DNA of 64,000 nt from Vulcanimicrobiota bacterium. Lineage in GTDB: Bacteria > Vulcanimicrobiota > Xenobia > Xenobiales > JADMJV01. Position 1 is the first letter of the stretch, and each line of letters opens with the position of its first letter. Positions 33,207 to 42,770 of this stretch are shown here, piece after piece. Both the position numbers and the translations under genes were made by a program. Below the pieces are notes generated by a model. That model was given only the letters and a program-made list of their open reading frames with translations, searched no databases and was not told where the DNA came from. The DNA lies in contig JBFWNU010000001.1 in the NCBI GenBank assembly GCA_050250895.1, positions 3,459,247-3,523,246 of the forward strand. The letters are read 5' to 3'.

Positions 33207-34352
33207 TTACGGCTCCAGAGTCAGGCCGTGCAATCCCAGCGAGGTCCGCAGGTGGTCGTGCAGAGCGACCTGCTCGGCCGGCCGGGCCGGTCCGGCCTGC
33301 CGGCCTCGAACCACTCCGATTTTGCGCCAGTGGCGACACAGCGGGGCCAGGCTCTGGCGGGCCATTCTCCAGAGGCGGTCGAGCAGGTCGGCGTAGGCCT
33401 GGTCTTCGACCACCTGAAACTCGCTCAGGTCGAGTTGCAAGCCATGTCCGCTCAAGAAGGCTTCCATGCCGGACAGGCCGATGTCCACTCGCTTCGGGGG
33501 CAGGGTGACCCCGTCGACCACGATTGTGAGCCGGGTCGAGCCGATCCATTTGCGAGCGAACCGCATAACCATCTGGCAGGGCATGCGCTCGCCTTCGGCC
33601 GGGGCCTCGAAGGCCACCAGCCAGGTCGGGGACGAGCCGACCCGACCACCCTGCCAGGCAAACAGACCGGGTTCGACCTCCTGGTAGGCAGCCAGCGACG
33701 GGTTGGGCAAGCTCAAGCCCGAACCGGCCTGATACCGGCAAAGCAAAGCCTCGGGCCGGGTCAGGCTGCTCCAGGTCGGGCGACCGTTGACCACCACCGG
33801 CACGGGCGAGAAGGCGGTGGCCGAGGTGACCGCGTCGAGTTCGGCCCTCACCGCCCGCGCCTGATCCAGCCTCGGTCGGGTCAACAGCAATTGATAGAGG
33901 TGGCGATGCTCGGGCACCTCGGGCCGTGGGGGCCCCGCCACGAGCTCGGCCTGATCGCCCTCCACCGCCAGCTGCAGGCTGCTCTGGCGGGTCGAGTGGG
34001 TCCATTCGAAGCGGCCCAGCGGGGCGGTATTGAGACCCACCGCCAGGTGACGCACGGCGGGGTCGGCCACCTGCTGGGGATTCTCCAGGGCTTTGAGCAA
34101 GGCCTCGGGCGTGGCGGCCCGAGACGAGAGAAAGCCCAGGCGGGTCGAGCGCTGGCCGATGGCAAGCTCCACCCGATCCGCCTCGAGAGCCACCCCCGCC
34201 TGAACGAGTTTGAGCAGATAGAAGTTGGGGTCGGCCAGCGCAAAGCGGCGCAGGGTGGCCTGAGCCCGAGCCAGGTTGAGGGTGAAAACACCGCTCGAGT
34301 CCTGGCTGCCCAGCTGACGCTGGTGGTCGAGAAAGTCGTCGAGTTCGCTCAC
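33207..34352 (-). CDS. Hypothetical protein (381 aa) translationally coupled to nfi
   Basis: The GTG at 34352 overlaps the nfi stop (GTGA). The track's upstream extension to 34748 is Arg/Pro-rich and lies inside nfi, so it is probably not translated. No family recognised. Confidence 0.55.
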   Translation of the reverse strand: MSELDDFLDHQRQLGSQDSSGVFTLNLARAQATLRRFALADPNFYLLKLVQAGVALEADRVELAIGQRSTRLGFLSSRAATPEALLKALENPQQVADPAVRHLAVGLNTAPLGRFEWTHSTRQSSLQLAVEGDQAELVAGPPRPEVPEHRHLYQLLLTRPRLDQARAVRAELDAVTSATAFSPVPVVVNGRPTWSSLTRPEALLCRYQAGSGLSLPNPSLAAYQEVEPGLFAWQGGRVGSSPTWLVAFEAPAEGERMPCQMVMRFARKWIGSTRLTIVVDGVTLPPKRVDIGLSGMEAFLSGHGLQLDLSEFQVVEDQAYADLLDRLWRMARQSLAPLCRHWRKIGVVRGRQAGPARPAEQVALHDHLRTSLGLHGLTLEP

Positions 34353-35113
34353 ACCCGGCCCGCTCGCAGCTCGATGGAGTAGTGGTGAGCCCAACGCTGC
34401 GGCTCGGGAAAACGAAACTTCGAGTGGGCCAGCGTGAGGGCGATGGCGCCGTCTAGATCGCAGAGGTGGCCCACCGACACGAACAGCGGCCTGACACCAC
34501 TTCGCGTTACCAGAGCCGCTCCGATCACCTCGCCCCGGTCGAGCACGGGCGACCAGCAGCCGCGTTCGGGTTGGGGAAGGGTGAACTCTCCCACCATCGA
34601 CTGCTTGGCCACCCCCACGGTGGGAATCTCGAAGCTCAGGCCCAGCTGGCAGGCCAGGCCGAAGCGGCGAGGATGGGCCCGACCGTGGCCGTCGACCATG
34701 AGCGCCTCGACTGGTTCGCGCAACCTTTCGAGCACCCGGCTGGCGCACTCGACCTCACGCGCTGCGAACAGTCCCGGCTGGTAGTCGTCAGGACACTCCA
34801 GGGTGAGCACCTGGTGCTCCACCAGCCGGGCTCCTTCCACCACCACCGCGGCGGCGAAGGCCCATCGGTCGCGATAGGCGACATCCACGGCGGCGACTCG
34901 TGAACATGGGGCCAGCGGCGATTCACGAATCTGGTGGGCCAGTTCGGCCTGACGGGCCGCCGGCTCGGAACCCAGCTCGATGACTCGTTGGCGTAGCACC
35001 TCGACCCTTTCGGTCGGCACGCTGGCCCACTCCTGTTGGTTAGCGTTCCTTAAGACTTGTCTTCGGTAACATTCCGATAACATCTGCCGGCCCGATTCCA
35101 TAACCGATTCCAA
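34349..35113 (-). CDS. nfi: Endonuclease V
   Basis: VAAVDVAY (catalytic Asp region), QPGLFAAREV, LMVDGHGRAHPRRFGLACQLG, PTVGVAK, PLFVSVGH. Confidence 0.85.
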   Translation of the reverse strand: MESVMESGRQMLSECYRRQVLRNANQQEWASVPTERVEVLRQRVIELGSEPAARQAELAHQIRESPLAPCSRVAAVDVAYRDRWAFAAAVVVEGARLVEHQVLTLECPDDYQPGLFAAREVECASRVLERLREPVEALMVDGHGRAHPRRFGLACQLGLSFEIPTVGVAKQSMVGEFTLPQPERGCWSPVLDRGEVIGAALVTRSGVRPLFVSVGHLCDLDGAIALTLAHSKFRFPEPQRWAHHYSIELRAGRV

Positions 35114-35152
35114 GTTTGGAAACTAGGCTGAAATTAGCGACAGGGGGCAACC

Positions 35153-35869
35153 ATGAGCATTCAATCTCACTCTCAGGGCATCCGCGTAGGTCACCAGCCA
35201 CAGCTCCGAGGACACGGTTTTCAGCAGGATGGCGGCGCCTGGTTCCACCAGGACCAGAAGGTCACCCACACCCCGCAAGGCGACATCGTCGACAGTTACA
35301 CCCAGACGGGCGCGGGACATCTCCAGGGCGAGACCAGTCCGGACAAGTCCATGGCTGACGCTCTCTATAACGGCTTCAAGTTCGCGACCCACGATGTCAA
35401 GGGCGGCGGGCACGACAGCAGCAGCATCGAGGCGCAGGTCGGTTTCAAGCAAGAAGGCCACCTCTACTCCAAAGAGGTCAAGCAGGGCGACCTGACCTTC
35501 AAGAGCGCCTTCCATAGCAATTCCGACGTGGGACTCGGGATGAAGTATACCCGCACCTCGGTCAAAACCCGAGACCGCGAGGAACACGGCTCTACCCTCG
35601 AGTTCAACGGGCCCAGCCTGGGTTACAAGGGCGATGCCGAGGTGAAGACCAGGTCGGGCAGTTCGCTCGCGCTGCACGGCAACCTTGGGCTGGGTGCCAG
35701 CGGGCAAGGTGGTCTACATTTTAGCCACGACAAGCACCATGAAGGCGTCAGCTTCAACATGGCCGGCAACGGATTCGATCTCAGCGTCAGCCGGCGGGAT
35801 CTCGATCAGATGCGGCGGGCGGCCAGTCAGCTACCGCTGGTGGGCGGTCTCTTCGATCACCAGGGTTAG
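35153..35869 (+). CDS. Hypothetical His/Gly/Ser-rich, probably beta-rich, protein
   Basis: 238 aa with alternating polar and hydrophobic short strands (DLTFKSAFHSNSDVGLGMKYTRTSVKT). No signal peptide or family recognised. Confidence 0.55.
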   Translation: MSIQSHSQGIRVGHQPQLRGHGFQQDGGAWFHQDQKVTHTPQGDIVDSYTQTGAGHLQGETSPDKSMADALYNGFKFATHDVKGGGHDSSSIEAQVGFKQEGHLYSKEVKQGDLTFKSAFHSNSDVGLGMKYTRTSVKTRDREEHGSTLEFNGPSLGYKGDAEVKTRSGSSLALHGNLGLGASGQGGLHFSHDKHHEGVSFNMAGNGFDLSVSRRDLDQMRRAASQLPLVGGLFDHQG

Positions 35870-35940
35870 TTGCGAAACAGCCTCGTCGAAGACGGCGAAC
35901 CCTTGGAGGAGCCCGGGGCCGGCCGGGGAAGACGCCCTCG

Positions 35941-36234
35941 ATGGACTCGTTTCTGGCCGCCGGACTCCCTCCCGAACTTGCCAGCTTGTTGGCCGATGTG
36001 CAACAGGAAGAGCCGGCCGAGGTGGCCCGTCGGACCATCACCCTCATCGGCAAGACACCCTCGCCCGACCAGCAGGCCGAGATTGGCCGTCACGCCCTGA
36101 ATTTTCTCAAACCGCGGCTCGAGCCCAGTCAGATCGAGACGGTCGAGCGGGCGCTGGAAGTGATGGACAAGTTTCCCCACTTTCCCCGCCCCCGAGCCGG
36201 AGTGGCCCTCAAAGCCCTCAAGGCTCTGTGCTAG
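35941..36234 (+). CDS. Small helical hypothetical protein (97 aa)
   Basis: Plausible helical composition immediately downstream of the 35153 gene. The competing minus ORF 35866-36696 is Arg/Ser-rich shadow. Confidence 0.4.
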   Translation: MDSFLAAGLPPELASLLADVQQEEPAEVARRTITLIGKTPSPDQQAEIGRHALNFLKPRLEPSQIETVERALEVMDKFPHFPRPRAGVALKALKALC

Positions 36235-36829
36235 AACAGAACTCCGAAGGCCCCTCCAGGGGGCAACCGTAGCAGGGAGGCCGTGGCGTCTGAGCCTGTC
36301 CCTCCCCCCGAAGATAGAGATAGAGCGCCGTCTTGCCGATCGATTCGCCTTGATGGCCCCGCGACGGGGTGATACCTCCGCAAAAGCGCAACCGCCCCCG
36401 GCTGTCGTAGACCACCACCTCACCTGAGGTATGGATCCCGAAGCGGTGGCTTTCCAGGGCTTCCTGGTCAAGCCTGGTCTCGAGCCCCGTCGAGCCGGTG
36501 GCGATGCGCTTGAGCAGGCCGTCTTCCCAGCCTGCCTCGACGCCCGACGGCAGCGTAAATAGGACATACACCCTGGGAGGAGCAGGCAGTCGAGCCAACA
36601 GGCGCCGCAGTTCTTCGAGGCTGGCCACGGTGCAAGGGCACTTCGGATGGACGAAGAGGAGCAGGGTATCGCGTTGTGAATCGAGTTCCAACGCACTCTT
36701 CCGAGGCCAGGCCACAGGTGCCTGGCCAGCCTGGCCCGGCGCGCCCTGGTATTGATACAGCACTACCAGGCAAGCTGCCACTGCGGTCAGCCACAGGCTG
36801 GCTCCAACCAGCGACAGATAACGCTTCAA
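36218..36829 (-). CDS. Membrane-anchored thioredoxin-fold-like protein with CPC motif
   Basis: N-terminal TM helix LVGASLWLTAVAACLVVL, then LLLFVHPKCPCTVASLEEL, and a C-terminal CYGC. ATGA overlap with the upstream response regulator. Confidence 0.55.
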   Translation of the reverse strand: MKRYLSLVGASLWLTAVAACLVVLYQYQGAPGQAGQAPVAWPRKSALELDSQRDTLLLFVHPKCPCTVASLEELRRLLARLPAPPRVYVLFTLPSGVEAGWEDGLLKRIATGSTGLETRLDQEALESHRFGIHTSGEVVVYDSRGRLRFCGGITPSRGHQGESIGKTALYLYLRGEGQAQTPRPPCYGCPLEGPSEFCSSTEP

Positions 36830-37215
36830 GCGCTTTCTCGCTTGCGTTGACGGTGTTGCTCGAAGGCTCCGGTGACGGCCTTGACCAACTCAGCCATGGG
36901 ATGGGGCTTGGTGAGAAAGCGAAACACTCGCCCGTCTTGCAGGGCCTCGGCGGCGAGGCCTAGATCCGACTGTCCGGTGAGGATGATGGCCACCGTGAAA
37001 GGCCAGCGATCGCGGATTCTCGCCAGCAGCGTCAAGCCATCCATGACGGGCATATTGAGGTCGGAGACCACCACCGGATAATCGGTTTGCTCGAGTTTTT
37101 GCAGGGCTTCGACCGGACCCAGGGCGGTCTCGACCTGCAGAGTGCGTCGCAGGCAGCGACGATAGGTCGCCAGCAGAGCCTCGTCGTCATCCACCAACAG
37201 GAGCCGGTCAGCCAC
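36826..37215 (-). CDS. Single-domain response regulator
   Basis: LLLVDDDE, VVVSDLNMPVMDG, FLTKP. 129 aa. Confidence 0.85.
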   Translation of the reverse strand: MADRLLLVDDDEALLATYRRCLRRTLQVETALGPVEALQKLEQTDYPVVVSDLNMPVMDGLTLLARIRDRWPFTVAIILTGQSDLGLAAEALQDGRVFRFLTKPHPMAELVKAVTGAFEQHRQRKRESA

Positions 37216-38341
37216 GTTCGTGACCCCAATCCTGGTCGGTCCACAGGTGCGATTCGGCTGCCCTCCGAGCCTGCTCGGTCAGAGCCAGGACGCGGGCTTC
37301 GAGCCATTGATCGGGGAGAGAATCGGTCTGGTTTTCTAGCAAGGCGTGGGCCAGCCAGACATAACTGCTGGGACACCGTTTGAGGTTGAGGGTGCGGGCG
37401 TGCATGGTGCCGGTCGCGGCCAGTACGGTGGGCGGACAGCCCCACAGAGACATCAGATACTGGCTGGCCAATCGAGCGGTTTGGGGATCCGAGCCCAGCG
37501 CCTCATCAAGCAGCGGGTTGGCGCGCTGCAAGTGGATCGGCATCTCGGTGAGGCGGGCGGCCACCCAGGTCGTTCGGAGCTCGGAGAGTCCGAGCCCGTC
37601 CAGCCGCGCCAGGCGGGGGGCCAGCCAGCAGAGGGCGCGGGTGGGCTGACCACACGGTCGAGCACGGCAGTCGGTGGGCCGGTCGGGGGTGCCGGAGAGG
37701 AAGGCCCGCAAAGGCTCTAAGGCCAGAGCCTCGCGCAGACCCGCCTGATAGCCAAGCTCGCGAGGATGACCCAGGAAATAGGTGTTGAAGATGCGCAGGA
37801 GCTGGCAGTAGAGTCCCAGATCGTCGTGGGCGATGAGGGCCAGAGACTCGAGATTTGGACTGGTCCGGCTCAGCTCCTGAGAGAAGCTCTCGAGAGTCTC
37901 GGGATGACACGGCAGGTCTCTTAGCCCGCACAGTTCGGAGCGCACAGCGGGGGGAAGCTGGTCACCCAGCTCAAACGCCGTCTCGAGGCTGGCCACCAGC
38001 GCTTCCATCTGACACGGCTTGGTCCAGAACTGGTGGAGATATTCGGCTGAGTCGGCCAGTCTTCGGGTCTCGCTATAGCCTGACAGGCCGACTCTGAGAC
38101 CGGACGGGTCGATTCCGTGAACTCGTCGCACCAGTTCGGCTCCATCCATGCCGGGCATTCGCATGTCGGACACGATGGCGTCATAACTCTCTTGGGCGTG
38201 GGCATCGAGAGCTTGAGGACCGCTGGTCACGAAGTCGAAGGTCCAGCCGGGTCGGCAGCGACGAAGCACGCGCCGCAGGCCGCCAAGGATGTTCAGTTCG
38301 TCGTCAACAAATAGCAGGCGTTTTGGGGTCATAGCACTCAC
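37208..38341 (-). CDS. Response regulator with C-terminal HDOD-like helical domain
   Basis: Receiver region: LLFVDDE, IVSDMRMPGMDG, FWTKP. The C-terminal 230 aa resemble HDOD-type output domains; that part of the call is tentative. Confidence 0.7.
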   Translation of the reverse strand: MSAMTPKRLLFVDDELNILGGLRRVLRRCRPGWTFDFVTSGPQALDAHAQESYDAIVSDMRMPGMDGAELVRRVHGIDPSGLRVGLSGYSETRRLADSAEYLHQFWTKPCQMEALVASLETAFELGDQLPPAVRSELCGLRDLPCHPETLESFSQELSRTSPNLESLALIAHDDLGLYCQLLRIFNTYFLGHPRELGYQAGLREALALEPLRAFLSGTPDRPTDCRARPCGQPTRALCWLAPRLARLDGLGLSELRTTWVAARLTEMPIHLQRANPLLDEALGSDPQTARLASQYLMSLWGCPPTVLAATGTMHARTLNLKRCPSSYVWLAHALLENQTDSLPDQWLEARVLALTEQARRAAESHLWTDQDWGHERG

Positions 38342-38394
38342 GCTCCCTTTATCGGTCGACGGTCTGCAGTCTTAAGAGAATCAGGCATACGCCG

Positions 38395-40230
38395 ATGAGA
38401 GGTGCCATGAATAGCCCCGCCCGAGCAGAACTCGAGCATCGGCGACGTGAGCTCTACCGTCAGGCCCGCCACGAGGTCCAGGCCAGGACCGATCGGATGT
38501 TCGCGCGGTTGATGTGCCTTCAATATGGGGCCGGAATTCTGGCCGTGCTCTGGCTGAGCCCGTACACCTGGTATGGGACGACGGCCCGGGTCCACCTGCA
38601 TGTATTGGCCACCCTCTTCCTGGGAGCTTTGCTGGCCGCTCCTCCGGTCTGGCTGGCCTGGCGCCGAGCCGGACGCTACTCGACCCGAATGGTCATCGCC
38701 GCCTGCCAGATGCTCTTCTCGGCCCTGCTCATCCACATCACTGGCGGTCGCATCGAGACCCACTTCCATGTCTTTGGCTCGCTGGCGTTCCTTTCGTTTT
38801 ATCGAGACTGGCGGGTCTACGTTCCGGCCACGCTGGTGGTGAGCCTCGATCATCTGGTTCGAGGCCTCTACTATCCGCTGTCGGTGTTCGGGGTGGCTGA
38901 CGCCAGTCATTGGCGCTGGCTCGAGCACGCGGCCTGGGTCATGTTTTGCGTGTTCTTCCTGGTTCGCTCGGTGCGCGAGACGCGCCAGGAGATGATGCAG
39001 ATCGCCGACCAGCAGGCCAGGTTGGAGCACACCAACCTGCTGATCGAGTCCGAAGTCAGGCACCGAACCATCGAATTGGCCGGCGAACGCTTGCGCTTTC
39101 TCAGCGCTTTCGAAAACGCTCCCATCGGCATGGCCATCGTGGCCGTGAACGGAGCCCTGCTGAGGGTCAATCAGGAGTTCTGCCGAGTGCTTGGCTATCG
39201 TGCCGAAGAGTTGACCGGACGCCAGCTGCAAAGCCTGGTGCCCGGCGACAGGGAGCACCCCGAACTCGGCTCGGCGGGGCGCGGAGAGTTTCGGGTGACC
39301 TATGTCGAGCAGCAGGGAGCCGAGGTAGAGTTAAGCTGCCACGCTAGCTACCAGGCCGGCTCGGAGCACCAGATGGCCCATTTCATCGTCCAGTTTCTAG
39401 ATATCACCGAGCGGGTTCGGGCGGCTCGTCTGATGTTAGAGCAAGAGCAACGGACCCAACTGGCCCAGAAGCTCGAGTCCCTGGGTATCCTGGCCGGCGG
39501 GATCGCCCACGAGCTGGCCACGCCGATCCAGTATATCGGAGACAACGCCAACTTCCTGGAAGACCTTTTCCGGAGCGAGATTACTCAGTTGCTGGCCGCC
39601 TACCAGCCAACCGGGGAGGGCGCCATCGATATCGATTTTCTGCGCGAGGAGATGCCCGCTGCCCTGGCTCAGATCGGCGAGGGGGTAGAGCGGGTGAGTA
39701 GCATCGTTCGTTCGATCAAGGAATACGCTCACAACCGCGAGGGCGACGGGGGGCCGGTGGACCTCAACGAGCTTATAGAGAACACCATTACGATGTCCCG
39801 CAACGAGTGGAAGTACATCGCTGAGGTCGAAGTTGACCTGGCCTCGCAGCTGCCCTCGGTGGTGGCCGATCGAAGCGGGCTTGCTCAGGTCTTTCTCAAC
39901 CTTCTGGTCAACGCCGCCCACGCGGTCGAAGACGTGTTCAAAGCCACCGAGCGTAGAGGCCTGATCAAGGTCTCGACCGCGTGCTGCCAGAACGGCGTCG
40001 AGGTTCTCTTTCAGGATACAGGACCAGGGGTGCCGCCAGAAATCGCCAGCCGCATCTTCGACCCCTTCTTCACCACCAAGGATGTCGGTCGCGGAACAGG
40101 GCAGGGGCTGTCGATTTCGAGCAACATTCTCAAAGCCCACGGTGGCTGTCTCGAGCTGGTCGACAGCAGCCGGCAAGGCAGTTGCTTCCGCGTCTGGCTT
40201 CCCCTCACTTCCCTTCAGGAAGTGGCCTGA
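38395..40230 (+). CDS. Membrane sensor histidine kinase (multi-TM N-terminus, PAS, HisKA, HATPase)
   Basis: Five or six N-terminal TM helices. PAS (APIGMAIVAVNGALLRVNQEFCRVLGY). H-box GGIAHELATPIQYI. N box LLVNAAHA. G boxes DTGPGV and GTGQGLS. Confidence 0.85.
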   Translation: MRGAMNSPARAELEHRRRELYRQARHEVQARTDRMFARLMCLQYGAGILAVLWLSPYTWYGTTARVHLHVLATLFLGALLAAPPVWLAWRRAGRYSTRMVIAACQMLFSALLIHITGGRIETHFHVFGSLAFLSFYRDWRVYVPATLVVSLDHLVRGLYYPLSVFGVADASHWRWLEHAAWVMFCVFFLVRSVRETRQEMMQIADQQARLEHTNLLIESEVRHRTIELAGERLRFLSAFENAPIGMAIVAVNGALLRVNQEFCRVLGYRAEELTGRQLQSLVPGDREHPELGSAGRGEFRVTYVEQQGAEVELSCHASYQAGSEHQMAHFIVQFLDITERVRAARLMLEQEQRTQLAQKLESLGILAGGIAHELATPIQYIGDNANFLEDLFRSEITQLLAAYQPTGEGAIDIDFLREEMPAALAQIGEGVERVSSIVRSIKEYAHNREGDGGPVDLNELIENTITMSRNEWKYIAEVEVDLASQLPSVVADRSGLAQVFLNLLVNAAHAVEDVFKATERRGLIKVSTACCQNGVEVLFQDTGPGVPPEIASRIFDPFFTTKDVGRGTGQGLSISSNILKAHGGCLELVDSSRQGSCFRVWLPLTSLQEVA

Positions 40231-42085
40231 GATAGGTCTCGAGAAACAGGACCACGGCCTGCAAATAGGCGTCGCGGTTGTCTTTCTTCTTGAACCCGTG
40301 CCCTTCGTCGCGGGCCATGAGATACCATACCTGCCCCCCCTGGCGACGGACCTCGGCCACCATCTGTTCTGACTCGGTGACCGGCACTCGAGGGTCGTTG
40401 AAGCCCTGGACCACCAGTAGCGGGGCGCGAATGGACGAGGCTCTGGTGGTCGGCGAGATGGCGGTGAGAAAGCGGCGCATCTCGGGGTCTCGCTCGTCAC
40501 CGTACTCGACCCGCCTGCGGTCGCGCCGATAGTCCTGGGTGTTCTCGAGGAAGGTGACGAAGTTGCTGATGCCCACCACATCGATGCCCGCGGCCAGCCG
40601 GTCGGGAAAGTGAATCAAGCTGGCCAGCACCATATAGCCTCCGTAGGAGCCGCCATAGACGGCCACTTGTCTGGCATCGAGTTCGGGTTGAGCGGCTATC
40701 CAGTCGAGCAGGGCTCCGATATCCTTGACCGAGTCTTCGCGGCTGCGGCCGTCGTCGAGCTTGAGGTAACTTTTGCCGTAGCCCCGAGAGCCCCGCACGT
40801 TGGGGGCCACCACGGCCAGTCCCATTTCGTTGACCAGATACTGGATGGTGGAAGAAAAGGCTGGAGTGAACTGGCTCTCGGGTCCGCCGTGGATGAGCAC
40901 CACCGTCGCGAACGGTCCCTGGCCGCTCGGTCGATAATAGAAAGCGGGGATGCGACGCTGGTCAAAGCTGGCGAACTCCACCAGGCTGGGCGACACGAAG
41001 CGGGCCGTGTCTAGCCCCCCGACCTCGCTGTGGGTCCAGGCCTGCACCCGGTTGGTCGCCAGGTCATAGACGTAGACATCTCCCGGGCTGGTGGCGGCGT
41101 CGGCTGAAAAGGCCAGCTTCTTTCCATCGGGAGAAAAGCGAAGATTGCCCATCGTCCCGAGCGGCGTGTCTTTGACTTCGATGATCTCGCCGCTCTGGCG
41201 GTCGAGCAGATAGAGGTGGTCGATGCCCCCCTGATTGACCAGATAGGCCACCCGGTCCGCCGTGGCCTCGACCTCGGTGACGTCCCAGGGTCGGTCGAAG
41301 AACTGTAGCCGGCCGGCCTGATATCGCACCAGGCGCAGAAACTCGTGGTCGCGGTCGCTGGTGAAATAGAGCGAATCACCGGCGAAGGCGGCCGAGCCAT
41401 GGGCCACCTCGCCGGGTCCGCCGTCAACCTCGACCAGTTTGCCGCTGGCCAACTCGAGCAGGTACAGGTCGGAGTCGTTGGCCGACTGGTAGCGGCGCAA
41501 CAGCAGCTGGCGGTCGTCGGGCGACCAGGCCATCGGCATGAATGACCCTTCGGCCTGATAGACCAGCTGGCGTTGGCCGTCGGGAGTGGCCGTGTAGATG
41601 TCCCAGTCTTTGCCGTTGCGAGCCGTGCCGTAAAAGGCTATGCGATCGCCGCTGTGAGACCAGACGGGGTTACCGTGGCGAGCCTTGCCATCGGTCAATT
41701 GCCGGCTCTGGCCGCTGTCGAGGTCGAGGTAGAAGAGCTGATAAAACTCGCCGCCTCCCACATCCTTGAGAAAGACCAGCCCATGCCCGCCGGCCGGACG
41801 CACCACCGCCCCGGCCACCGGTTCGTCGAAGAAGGTCAACTGGGTGCGAGCCGCGCCCGGGCCGGCCACGTGATGCAACTGGTTGGTCTGGCCAAAGCGG
41901 GTCAGTACGATCACCCCGCCGGCGGTCGGGTCCCAGTCGCATAGGCTGGCGGAGCGCGTTTCGCTATACTGGCGCAGCCGTTGGGCCACCTGGTCGGGAA
42001 TGGGAGGGATCCCTTCGCGCACCAGGTTGCCGTCGTCGGCCACGGCGGCCAGGGTCAAGAGCAGAAACAGACAAAGCCATCGCAT
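40205..42085 (-). CDS. S9 family serine peptidase (beta-propeller plus prolyl-oligopeptidase-type alpha/beta hydrolase)
   Basis: Signal peptide MRWLCLFLLLTLAAVA (ATG at 42085). WSPDG-type propeller repeats. Nucleophile motif GGSYGGYM. C-terminal HGF. Confidence 0.85.
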   Translation of the reverse strand: MRWLCLFLLLTLAAVADDGNLVREGIPPIPDQVAQRLRQYSETRSASLCDWDPTAGGVIVLTRFGQTNQLHHVAGPGAARTQLTFFDEPVAGAVVRPAGGHGLVFLKDVGGGEFYQLFYLDLDSGQSRQLTDGKARHGNPVWSHSGDRIAFYGTARNGKDWDIYTATPDGQRQLVYQAEGSFMPMAWSPDDRQLLLRRYQSANDSDLYLLELASGKLVEVDGGPGEVAHGSAAFAGDSLYFTSDRDHEFLRLVRYQAGRLQFFDRPWDVTEVEATADRVAYLVNQGGIDHLYLLDRQSGEIIEVKDTPLGTMGNLRFSPDGKKLAFSADAATSPGDVYVYDLATNRVQAWTHSEVGGLDTARFVSPSLVEFASFDQRRIPAFYYRPSGQGPFATVVLIHGGPESQFTPAFSSTIQYLVNEMGLAVVAPNVRGSRGYGKSYLKLDDGRSREDSVKDIGALLDWIAAQPELDARQVAVYGGSYGGYMVLASLIHFPDRLAAGIDVVGISNFVTFLENTQDYRRDRRRVEYGDERDPEMRRFLTAISPTTRASSIRAPLLVVQGFNDPRVPVTESEQMVAEVRRQGGQVWYLMARDEGHGFKKKDNRDAYLQAVVLFLETYLRPLPEGK

Positions 42086-42134
42086 GGCCGGCTCCTTCGC
42101 AGGAACCCCCTCATCCTCTTGCCAAGAGCCTGGC

Positions 42135-42770
42135 ATGCCGCCAATCGAACGCGTGCTCACCCGTGACGGCTCGGTGACTTATCGCCACCTCGAGCTGGGG
42201 GTGACCTATCGCTCGCTGGGTGGGGCCAGCGCCGAGTCTGACCATGTCTTCGTGCAGGGGACCGGCCTGCCGGCTCGCCCCGGCCCCTGGCGGGTGCTCG
42301 AACTGGGCTTTGGCAGCGGGCTCAACTTCGCCCGCACGCTGGCTCACCTGGACGGCCGCCGCCTCGACTATCTCAGCTGCGAACCGGACCCCCTCGACCC
42401 CCAGTTGTGGCTGGTGCCGGCCGTGTGGCAAGACCCCGCCGTCGAGCAGGTGGGCGAGGTGCGCCGCCGCCTGGCCGGTCGCTGGCAAGAGTGCCAGCTG
42501 GCCAGCAACTATTTCCATGCCTACTTTCACGACCCGTTCGCCCCGCGCACCGCCCCCGATTGCTGGACGGCTGAGTGCTTTGCCTGGGCGGCCCGGGCTC
42601 TCACCCCGGACGGTGTGCTGGCCACCTATGGCGCTTCGACCGCCGCCCGCCGCGCCATGGCCGAGGCGGGGCTGGCGGTGGGGGTGTTACCCGGAGCCGG
42701 CGGCAAGCGCGAGATGACGGTGGCCTCGCGCTGCCCCACAGCCATCGCTCGGGCCCGGAGGTGGCCGTGA
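42135..42770 (+). CDS. MnmC-like SAM-dependent methyltransferase domain protein (DUF752-type)
   Basis: VLELGFGSGLNF motif I and AYFHDPFAPRTAPDCWT (DGFxP-type motif). ATG at 42135; the track extension to 41883 overlaps the divergent peptidase. Confidence 0.75.
   Translation: MPPIERVLTRDGSVTYRHLELGVTYRSLGGASAESDHVFVQGTGLPARPGPWRVLELGFGSGLNFARTLAHLDGRRLDYLSCEPDPLDPQLWLVPAVWQDPAVEQVGEVRRRLAGRWQECQLASNYFHAYFHDPFAPRTAPDCWTAECFAWAARALTPDGVLATYGASTAARRAMAEAGLAVGVLPGAGGKREMTVASRCPTAIARARRWP

Noticed and set aside
33207-34748. The full 513-aa version of the ORF downstream of nfi
   Set aside because: Its first 130 codons or so lie inside the nfi coding region in another frame and are Arg/Pro/Gly-rich. 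A GTG that overlaps the nfi stop gives a clean coupled start at 34352.
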